Assembly: GCA_002633005.1 (NCBI GenBank)
Contig: NMRA01000551.1
Location: 140,809-204,808, forward strand
Direction: 5' to 3'
Length of the DNA: 64,000 bases
DNA from: Phoronis australis
Taxonomy: Eukaryota > Animalia > Phoronida
Positions 13,216 to 25,200 of this stretch are shown one piece after another (the stretch's first letter is position 1; the number at the start of each line of letters is the position of its first letter). The translations under genes and the position numbers were made by a program. Below the pieces are notes generated by a model. That model saw only the letters and a program-made list of their open reading frames with translations, ran no database searches and was not told the DNA's origin.

Positions 13216-16200
13216 CTGGAAACAATAGAGCGCATATTTATAATGATACATATAAAATGCGAAGATGTCAAATCACACAACTTATCAAGGTTATAAATAC
13301 CTGTAGTCACACAACAGCAAGACAAATAGTTACATTAGGAATCACAGAGGTGGTAAATACAAGATGAACAGTGTACCAACAAATTAGTCCAGAGACCATT
13401 ACCAGAGATGTTTATATCTTGGTGATAACAGTAGGAATCCCAAATAAGGCAACCAGTAATTACACGCTAAAACATGTTTAAAACGTTAAAGACCCACACA
13501 ACGATAAATTACCAAGTACATTCTAGAACAAACTGAGTTTGCAATCGCGGAAGTTGCCACAAAAGCAACCAGTGAGCTGTATTTGGAACACCCGATTCAC
13601 ATTAGTAAAAAACTCTGAACTGCACCATGGGCAAAACCATTATTTCTGAAGATGTAATACTGTGCAAGGCAACACGTAAGGTGTAAGTATACACGATTGT
13701 CCAAAAGGTGGCGACACGTGAGCCAGCCGACATGAGACTATACTACTCACGCATAGGGGGATGCAGGAACTCCAACTATGATAAACTGGTTTTTCTTGAG
13801 AAACATTCTCCACATACTTTTATGAAAGCCTCTGATGTCCAAATCCCATATATGTAAGCACTGAAAAGAAGATAAACTTGTGAGGAACAATGACACAAAC
13901 TGGCATCAGAAATACTAAGTAACAATACACATAGAGACAAAGCAGCAATATTACATCGAGTAACACAATATAATTGAACAAGAGCATCACTGGGGTGTTG
14001 AATACACCCACAGTGCATCTCATACAATATGTTTCTACGGGCCACTAGGAGGTACTACAGTAGTCGAATCAGCCCAAAAATCAAATGGTGCCAGCGCATT
14101 GTCATCATATACCTTCGAATAAAGTTTCAGTGAAATCTGTTGATCAGTTTTCTAGATATACTCCAGAGATGCTCTCCTCCAAACACAACTTGTATAGAAC
14201 AAAATGGTGCCAGCATATGGTCATCATGTACCACTATGTAATGTTTCATTGAAATCCGTCAATCGGTTCTGTAGATACCATCAAGAAACACACCTCTCCC
14301 AAATATCCCTTGAACAGCTCTTTGTCATCATGCTGCAGTGCACAAATCCACCCCAAAAACGAAAGGTCCGGCGCTTCAATATCACGTCTTTGTGAAGTGT
14401 CATAGACATCCGTCAATCGTTTTTTTAGATATCATCCAGAATTGCTATTCCAACAAACAACACATGAAAACCCCTTGAGAACAAAATGGCCACAAGGAGG
14501 TGCTGCAGTAGTCAAAATCTGACCCAAAATTTAATGGTGATGGCACATTGACATCACATGCAACAGTGTTGATGTTTCATTAAAATACATTAGTCTGTTC
14601 AAAGCATGTCATTCACATATGATCATCCTCAACATAGCCACTAGGATGTGCTGCAGTGGTTGAATCCATTCGAAAATCAAATTCTGTAGGCACATTGTAA
14701 TAGTATACCTCCGTGTTATGTTTTATCGAAATGTGTCAGTCAATTCTTTAGACATCATCCGGATACGCTCTTCCCCAAAACAACATTAAAAAACCCTTGT
14801 CAACAACAAGGAGGTGCTGCCATAGTCAAATCCACCCAAAAATTTAATGGCACCACTGCACTGCCGTCACAAAACTGTGTCAACTGTCATATTAATCCTT
14901 CCCTCAGTTCTCTACGCTCCCACACAAAATGGCCAATAGGAGGTGCTGCAGTTGTTGAACCTGCTTAAATCATATGGTGCTGGTGCAATTTCATATTATA
15001 CCTTCGTGTTAAGTTTCAATGAAATCCGTTAGTCGGCTCTTTAGATATCATCCAGAAACACTCTTTACTCAAACAACACTTCAAAAGGCCTGTGTCAAAA
15101 ACTAACTGGGCACTAGATGCAGCAGTGGTTGAATCTGCCTGAAAATTTGATGGTGCCAGCACACTGAGATCACATACCTTTGTGTCGATTTCATTGAAAA
15201 GTGCTGTTCTCTAGATATCGTCCAGAAACACTGTTCCCAAAAATATTGAAAAAATCGTGCCTCCCTGACACCAGAAGGCAGGGCGGATTGAAAAATGACA
15301 CGTACCAGTCTAGTGATGCCCTACACCCTTGAGCTAAATTTCGAGATATCGAGTGGATACCCAGTCAACAGGACAACCGAACAACTAGATGCCCGGAAAA
15401 AGTGTCAACAACATGCGACAACATGGGCACATAAAAAAATACTTTCAGTCAGGTTAAGTACAGTTCACACAAATGCGCTACGACTTTCTGAAGGCATTTG
15501 TAACAACAAAACTTGTTCACAAGCAGCACAGCCGTAATGCTGTAATTTCCTCAAGTCTAGAGGTAGCATCTTATAACTTCACCCAAACACTTGGTATTCA
15601 CCATTCGTTATCACAGACTCTGTGTAAAAATCACAATGTTGTCATACTCAATGGACCCAAACCATCTCACAGACTTTTCGGCACCTCTAGGTGTTAATAC
15701 TCCAAACTATACACAANAAGCACTGAAAAGAAGATAAACTTGTGAGGAACAATGACACAAACTGGCATCAGAAATACTAAGTAACAATACAAATAGAGAC
15801 AAAGCAGCAATATTACATCGAGTAACACAATTTTTAACAATATAATTGAACAAGAGCATCACTGCGGTGTTGAATACACCCACAGTGCATCTCATACAAT
15901 ATGTTTCTACGGGCCACTAGGAGGTACTGCAGTAGTCGAATCAGCCCGAAAATCAAATGGTGCCAGCGCATTGTCATCATATACCTTCGAATAAAGTTTC
16001 AGTGAAATCCGTTGATCAGTTTTCTAGATATACTCCGGAGATGCTCTCCTCCAAACACAACTTGAAAAGCCCCTTGTATAGAACAAAATGGTGCCAGCAT
16101 ATGGTCATCATGTACCACTATGTAATGTTTCATTGAAATCCGTCAATCGGTTCTGTAGATACCATCAAGAAACACACCTCTCCCAAATATCCCTTTAACA

Positions 16201-19200
16201 GCTCTTTGTCATCATGCTGCAATGCACAAATCCACCCCAAAAACGAAAGGTCCGGCGCTTCAATATCGCGTCTTTGTGAAGTGTCATAGACATCCGTCAA
16301 TCGTTTTTTTAGATATCATCCAGAATTGCTATTCCAACAAACAACACATGAAAACCCCTTGAGAACAAAATGGCACAAGGAGGTGCTGCAGTAGTCAAAA
16401 TGTGACCCAAAATTTAATGGTGATGGCATATTGACATCACATGCAACAGTGTTGATGTTTCATTAAAATACATTAGTCTGTTCAAAACATGTCATTCACA
16501 TATGATCATCCTCAACATAGCCACTAGGAGGTGCTGCAGTGGTTGAATCCATTCGAAAATCAAATTGTGTAGGCACATTGTAATAGTATACCTCCGTGTT
16601 ATGTTTTATCGAAATGTGTCAGTCAATTCTTTAGACATCATCCGGATACGCTCCTCCCCAAAACAACATTAAAAAACCCTTGTCAACAACAAGGAGGTGC
16701 TGCCATAGTCAAATCCACCCAAAAATTTAATGGCACCACTGCACTGCCGTCACAAAACTGTGTCAACTGTCATATTAATCCTTCCCTCAGTTCTCTACGC
16801 TCCCACACAAAATGGCCAATAGGAGGTGCTGCAGTTGTTGAACCTGCTTAAATCATATGGTGCTGGTGCAATTTCATATTATACCTTCGTGTCAAGTTTC
16901 AATGAAATCCGTTAGTCGGCTCTTTAGATATCATCCAGAAACACTCTTTACTCAAACAACACTTCAAAAGGCCTGTGTCAAAAACTAACTGGGCACTAGA
17001 TGCAGCAGTGGTTGAATCTGCCTGAAAATTTGATGGTGCCAGCACACTGAGATCACATACCTTTGTGTCGATTTCATTGAAAAGTGCTGTTCTCTAGATA
17101 TTGTCCAGAAACACTGTTCCCAAAAATATTGAAAAAATCGTGCCTCCCTGACACCAGAAGGCAGGGCGGATTGAAAAATGACACGTACCAGTCTAGTGAT
17201 GCCCTACACCCTTGAGCTAAATTTCAAGATATCGAGTGGATACCCAGTCAACAGGACAACCGAACAACTAGATGCCCGGAAAAAGTGTCAACAACATGCG
17301 ACAACATGGGCACATAAAAAAATACTTTCAGTCAGGTTAAGTACAGTTCACACAAATGCGCTACGACTTTCTGAAGGCATTTGTAACAACAAAACTTGTT
17401 CACAAGCAGCACAGCCGTAATGCTGTAATTTCCTCAAGTCTAGAGGTAGCATCTTATAACTTCACCCAAACACTTGGTATTCACCATTCGTTATCACAGA
17501 CTCTGTGTAAAAATCACAATGTTGTCATACTCAATGGACCCAAACCATCTCACAGACTTTTCGGCACCTCTAGGTGTTAATACTCCAAACTATACACAAA
17601 ACCTATACACCACACACTAAGGAGCAGCAAGCACCTGTGAGTTACATAGTAAGAGGCACAAGAAAAACGAGAGGTCTGTACCAGGGCATACATTTGGGAG
17701 TCACATGGCACCCTCATTCAACACAAGCTCCACAACAGTGCTGAGTCGCATTCTGTCTGTACTCCTAAAAATACACCGTAACATACTGAGGAACTTTTCG
17801 TCATTGGTATTCCTCAGTGAGCATCCAGTCTTGTCTTTGAGTGTAATACTCATTTTAAAAGCCCAAATAGGTAGAGACTCACCTTAGCTATTTGTTTATA
17901 TGTCGTGTAGTCAGATGGGTGATCCATTCTTATGTATAACACATAAACTTTGTCCTGAAAAGAAAAACATGGTTCAGTAAACCAAACTTTAAAAACACAA
18001 TTTATTTTTAATTTGAGAATGAAATGCAGGCAAGCTTTTCAGAAATCGTACATCGAACTGAATAATGTATGATCTTAACAAGTATTTTTAATCAGATGTT
18101 TTAATAGGAAAACATCCCATGCGGATTGTATCAATACAATGTTAATGAAAAATGATAGACTGAAAAACTGCTCGAACAATGATGAAATAAGAATACAAAA
18201 ACATAACAGGATTATACAAAACATACCTATAGGAGCCCCATTTAGTACTAATCTATAGGTAGTTACCCAATTAAGCATAGGACGTAGCCGCAAAATGAGA
18301 GTGCCTGTGAACGCCATATGTCAATCACAAACAACTGACAATAGACTGCTGGTTAATTGTGACATCTGTCATCATTGTCTCACTGTAGATTAATGAGAAC
18401 ATTAACTGTTACTTACATACAAAGGAAGGTGACAATATGGATGACATTAAAACATGGTATACGGGTTCATACCATTTATCATTAACACTTAGGCACATGA
18501 CTCACCACTGTGTCAGGCATGAAAGTGCTGTTACAAGGAGATATGGTATGGTCTAAAACGGAGGCTTTAGTTATGAGATCGTTCATCAACACTTCATAGT
18601 TGTCTTGCGTCATACTGCAATATATTTTGAACAAACCAATCAAAAAACAAAACCACTTCACCGTAAATCAACCTACAATCCAAGTGCACCACTAATTTGC
18701 AGAAAAACAATTTTGGTGATTCGGTTTCAGCAGAAACGCCCAATTAAATTCAACAGTACTCATCCCCTTAAACGAGTGTCCGAGGATGGGACTTATGAAG
18801 ACATTGAGTATTTGGACAAGAAATTTCCACTTGAGCATACTTAGTGGCAAAGATGACTGTTTCAAATCCAGTGAAGCATGCTGTGTTGTACACGGTCACA
18901 CCACTACAACTAGACACATCCAGTGACTTCCTAAAACAGCTTAGACATGGTGTTGTAGTAATTTCAGAAGTTAAAACCCACTGTGGACAAACACAAGTCT
19001 TTTCATTCCAGATGCTGAGGCTTGTGTTAAAAATGACTTACATGGTGAGTTATGTATGTAATGTGCTTGTGATGTGACTTATATGGTGAGTTATGTATGT
19101 AATTTGCTTGTGATGTGACTTACACAGTGATAGAGTTATGTAATGTGCCTGTGATGTGAAAACTACATTAACTTATTTACCACACAACTGCTTGCTCGCA

Positions 19201-22200
19201 TTATAAAAATTTGTTATGAACTATTATGAGAGTCAAAACCCACTTACTTGTCCAAGTGTTTCAACTTGACATCGGGAATGGTATTGATGGTTTTCTTCTT
19301 GAAGTAAATCTCGTGAAAGTATGGGTTCATGTTCAACCCCTTGATGCCGAAGTGAAACGTGCGAGATATGTCGGGTATGATACATTCCCGGCCCTTACGT
19401 ATCCCTGGCATTCTCATCCACATGTCCCAGTCATAATGCTACAACAATAGCACGGTTAGTCGAATTTTTGTCAACACAAATGCGAATAGAATGCTCGAAC
19501 ACAGTCACATAAAGTGAGAGAGTGTCTTGATAAATCCAAGATACCTTTGGAATGCTTTCTTTCACACACAGTCCTAAACAGTTGTGGCTTCTGCAGGGGT
19601 AATTTTAGAAAACGTCCTGTGTCATTGGCACAAAAATAATTTCAATGAAGCACTATGATTGCTCAACTGGCATGACAGGCCCATCAAAGTGGAAGCAAAA
19701 AATATCACAGCCCATAGGTCCTCCAAATTGGCCCATAGACTTGAGGCAGAGAGGATCAATTCACCCATACCCTCATATGTCAATAATGATCCCTGCTTCT
19801 TTAGATGCACAAATCAAACCAAACAAGATCACCCAAGGCCACGTAAAATCACGCAAGTGAAAGGGAATTGTTTCGCGAGTGTGCTTAGGACCTTGCTACG
19901 CCACCTTAACAAAATGGCAGCCACTGAGAAGTGATTGGTCAGTGAGATAGTACTGTTGCATTATGGGATAGAAGTCACTGTTTGTGTTCCATAACTGGAG
20001 ATTTCTTGCCATTTACCCTTAAATAATTGATCTCAACTTGTTCCTTACACAGATTAGAGATGATTTCTGAACTGGAGATGAACTGGCAGCATGGTATTGG
20101 TGGAGACCAGGACCAGTAAGTTAGCGTGTTGTGGTGGATTGTTTTATGCAGCCAATATGGTCTCATTACCAAACAGTCAGTTGTTTTTCTAACACCAAAC
20201 TCAATTCTCATCCAAGTAAGGAGAAAGTTAGGAGACTACGGAAACAATTCTTAAATTTGGGACAAAAAATTGCTAGAAATGTCACGTTTCTATTTTTCAG
20301 CGGCTTACCACATTGTTGCTAATGCTTAAAATTTTACCAAATGTTGTTTGGTATTAGCTACGCCATGCAAACTTAAGCTCAAAGCAAAGTGAATTTCCCA
20401 GAAAAGTTAATATTTTTGTTGAGAAATTTGAAAAATGAAATTTCAACTATTAATAAAAACAACTTTGTTTTAAGTAGACTTGACATGTTTCGGTGTTATT
20501 TATTCAAACACTATCACCAGATGAGAGAATATAGTGGCCACCTAGCTAGGCCCAGCTAGGTGGCCACTATATTCTTTATTTATTTAGTTATTTATTTATT
20601 TATTATTGTGATATTTAAAAATGAGGGTGGCCTCTTCAGTGATAGCACTGCTTTCCAAGAGGGCCCTCGACAAGAAAAACAGTAATATAATACAATGAAG
20701 TAATAAAACAACATTGAAATATACGTAACAAAGATACATTTAAAACAAGTTGAGAATTAAGACAATAACTAAATGACAAATAATGGTAAAAATTTAACTA
20801 AGACAGATGAAATAAATTAAGAGATGATTCTAGACAGTGAGAGTATTTACGACAATGAAAAAATGACATGATTAAGACAGGCAGGGTATAAAAAGTCGTC
20901 TGACGATGGTGTTTGAATAAATAACACCGAAACATGTCAAGTCGATTTAAAACCGTGGTTGTTTTTATTAATATATGCTGTTACTTGCTATCATGGAGAA
21001 ATTTCAACTGTTTGCTATATGGTGACCCAAACTGAAGAATTTTTACCAGTGGCAAGTGGTCTAAACCCAATGTATCTTTGACAGAAGGATGGTTTAGAGC
21101 AGCCTGAAGTCTTGCAATCCAACTAATAACATTTCAAAGACTGTTGAGTATAATTAGTGAATGCTTCCAATAGCTATACCTTATCTGGCGATGGCCACTG
21201 CGGTTCCAACTCATCTTTATAGAGAGAGCGCTTCAACAACCATCCAAGACCAGGCATAGTCTCCACTCTGTACAACAGGGCCGGGTCATGTGATGAGTGT
21301 TCATAACCCTGTAACACACGATTGGAATGATGTATATACTGGAAATTGCAAAAGTCAACTTTTGTATTCATAACTTAGTCGTGCTTTTTATAGGAAGACC
21401 ATGCGTTATTAGTGAATAGACATATTTGCATACACAGCAGTTAGAATGTTACATTCAAACGTCCCTCTTTATCTTTCAACATGCAGGACCATCTTGACAC
21501 AGCATGTCCCCTTGTCCTTTTCATCAAAATCAAGTTCACAAATTAAACTTTGCTACTCACAGAGGTTTTAGACACAAAAACTTTCTCTCATTGCTTAGTG
21601 TCTCTTCCAAACACAACCTAAAAGGATCAGATACAAACAGATATTGTTTTCAATACTCCCAGTAACCAAGGGCCAAATTCAAGCTGGGTAACACTAGCAG
21701 TTAGTAAGACATGAAGCAACAGAACATACCTGATCATTCCAGGCAGACACGCAGTACAAACTCGGGTCTCGGTCCAACAGAGGGAGGGTTTGAGTGAAGT
21801 ATCTGCAAGTCAACAGGACAATGAGGTCAAGTAGTCGGGATGGATAATAATTGTTAGGTCTATTGGATGGAAGAAAAAGCTCTCTCACAAGCAATATAGA
21901 GGGATGAAACTACTGCATGGAATCAGCTTTGCAGACATAACTTAACTGAAGACATGGCATGAAAACTAACCAATCATGTGCAAGACTTAGAACAACTTTC
22001 AGATTGCAAGTGGATCGAGTAGTTTGATGGTCTTAAGCCCTGGTCGTCCCTACACCATGTCACAGGCCCAGGTTGTCCCTACAACATGTCTCAGGACCAG
22101 GTTCTCCCTACAACATGTCTCAGGACCAGGTTGTCCCTACTCCATGTCTCAAGCCCAGGTTGTCCCTACACCATGTCTCAGGACCAGGTTCTCCCTACTC

Positions 22201-25200
22201 CATGTCTCAGGCCCAGGTTGTCCCAACAGTATACCATGTTGCAGGCCCAGGTTGTACCCGACTGAAGTAAACTAATGACCTTGAAATATAATAATGGTAA
22301 AATATCACCAATTTCAGACAAAAATAAAGCTCATTTCTCAACACTGTTGTGAATCCATGTAACTTTTCCATCATCTGGCGGCATTTGAACTTGACACCGG
22401 TATACCATCAGTTTGGTGCTACAAGTCTCTTATGAAATGTTACAAAAAACATTTTCTTGCTCGCCATATTGTGTTCTAAATTGGTGGAATTTTATAACAG
22501 AAGAGCTGTAACAGGCAACCGTACGATAGTTAATGGGATAAATCGTGCAGACTTTCAGAGACAGCTGCTCATATTATTGTTGCGTGCAAAATATTTGCCA
22601 CGAAATTCTCTGATCCTAAGCAAATAAACTACAAGTAAAACAACTAACTCACAATTGCTGTATGATTCACATGCACAGAGCGGCTATCTTATATTCTTCA
22701 GTGCAAAATTAAATCCTGCCATTTAATACTGATTTACACCTGCCATCCATCACAAAAATTACCTTTATGAAATTGGTCTCAAATTGTTCCTTAAACAAAA
22801 TAGGAGTGGTTTCTTGGCTTGGAAATGGACTGGTAATTTGTTGAGACAAGGTTTTTTAAGTTGGCCTTTCACGCACGGCATGTCATTTCCATCACAGTAC
22901 ATGAACAGTTGGTTCTTCTCTTTTGAGGAAGGATCAAGTCAACCAATTTTATAGCGGTAGGAATGTGGATTTATTGCCACCTCAAAATTCATCAGAAGTA
23001 CCAATAAACCATTTGACAATGAACAATGCAAGGCTGCCTCGTGACTGAAAAATGGTTGATTCATTATTCAGGAAAAAATTCAAAGGGAATTTTTCATACG
23101 GCGTGTGCGAATTATTGCTCTTAAGATTATAACATTTCCCTGCTATGAAAAAATGCAGTCGTTTTGCTCAAGTATTCCTCCCACATTACTGCAGTCCTGA
23201 AGTACTCCCGAACACAGATAGATGGCAGCATGTGCTATCTGTCTCACGAGACCAATTCCTATTGATACGCAAAAGTCTCATCGATTAATTCAATATTGAT
23301 CCCAGTTAGACACAACCTACATATTCAGGTATGACAACGTTGATGCTGAGCCTTATTTCCTTATTATACTTACGTAAAGAAGTCTGGGGCTACATCTATA
23401 TCCTCTTCAAGGATTATGGCATACTTTGCATTCTGGAAAATGGGAATCACAAAACAGATACAGACAAACTATAAACCGGACACTGGAAACAAAAACAAAC
23501 AGTGGAAGTGAATCAATTTTAAATGCAGTCTAAAGATCAGATGTCAAAGTTGTTTGATATCAGTACAGAGATCTGCATAACTCGTGAACAAGTGAATATA
23601 TTCTCGTCACTTTTGGTCCGGCTTTTGGCTGAAGAATTGATGACAAACTGGAGTGAAGCTAACGGATGAATTCAAGAGCAGAACTTACAGGAAACATGTT
23701 GAATGTGCCAGTCAGACTGGCCTTGTAGTGTTGACATATTCTGCCGTTCTTGGTTCCCAGGGGCGTGTGTTGAACACTCTTCAGTCCAAACAGTTTGGCC
23801 ACTTCCACTGGGCCCTGGAAATGCACACGAAAAACTGTAATATGGTCACTGAATGAAAGCATAGCACATGTTACAGAAATAGTGGCATTAAGTATACCCA
23901 TAGAATATAGACATCAGATTTGCAACTCCGACATTTTATTGTGTACTATTCTAGAGGAAGCGCCACTCTCCTCAATTATCTACTTCAGTTTCCAGTTAGT
24001 GTATTGTGACAACACAACAGTCGACTATGATTAGCAGATGACGTACTTGCCGGAAATAAAACTTGCCAATTTGGCCAGGTGAAAGTATACGGAGTTGGCA
24101 GTCCATGTACTATAGTCTATGGTATACCATACAATCAGACAAAAAAGCGATGCAAGTGTGGAGTGGGAAATTACTTTCATCAATGGTCATATGTTATGAC
24201 AAAACCAGGTGTGGTAACCATAACATCATCATCAAACGCTGAAAGTCACTCGAATTAAGCTTTTTACCTCAACAGATTCAAATGTCCTGAGTCTTAGAGA
24301 GATAATAGCTAATCTACTAGTAATGGGGGATGACCAAGAGGGACTAATGACTCTTATCACCACTTGGCTGTACCAGGAGTTACATAGGGAGCATGTTTGA
24401 CTTCTTGAAAAGACCTTTTGACAAGAGTGCGTAACTAGACAAGAGGTGGTTTAAACAAAAGTGAAATTAAGCTCCTCGTCCTCTAGAGGCCACTAGTGTC
24501 CATTATCAAGTGACCAGTTGCATGTTTGTACTTGAAAGTCTCCGAAAAAAATAACAGGAGATGCATGCGTCATGACAATCTGCCAATCATATCACTCTAA
24601 TTCAGTTAACCAATCAGACAGACACAAACCTCGAAGTAGCCATCAATGAAGATGACAGTGTGCGATGGATCCACCCCTCTTACTTGTAGTAGTGTCCTCA
24701 GCATTCTGGGAATAAAAAGGAAAAAGATGACATGGCAGCACTATATCGACTGAGGGACAACGCCATCTAGCTATGTACAAAACTACGACTAGAGGTCTCG
24801 CTTAAAAAGCCGTACAAAGAGAGAAATGAATGCATGGCAAATCAGCCCACCAACTCTGTGTACACACATTAAGTTTATTAATGAATGCAAATGTGTACAC
24901 AATACTAGACAACTTTACCAGTCAACAACATATCCATCTCAAAACTGAACATAGTATGTTATTTGTATCAAACATTATTCCAAGAAACACACCTTTCACA
25001 TTAACACACAAGACAGGTTTACCTGAAGAGATAGTGAGGCCTGTTGCCAGCAATAATGGCCACAGGAATACTGTCTAGGTTACTGCCAGTAAGCTGGAAC
25101 AAACAAGGATCAGTTACAGAGGATTGTTTATTTAGCAATTCCATAATCTTCTGAATTCTTTGTATGACACTAAACTCCTCACAAGTTGGACACATTTTCC

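Noticed and set aside
15295-17580. Duplicated 80-aa and 74-aa ORFs as tandem gene copies
   Set aside because: Intronic, antisense to POMGNT1, no recognisable homology, and inside the N-junction duplication.
19226-19450. Plus-strand ORFs overlapping POMGNT1 exons (also 12981, 23653, 26320)
   Set aside because: Antisense shadows of real exons.
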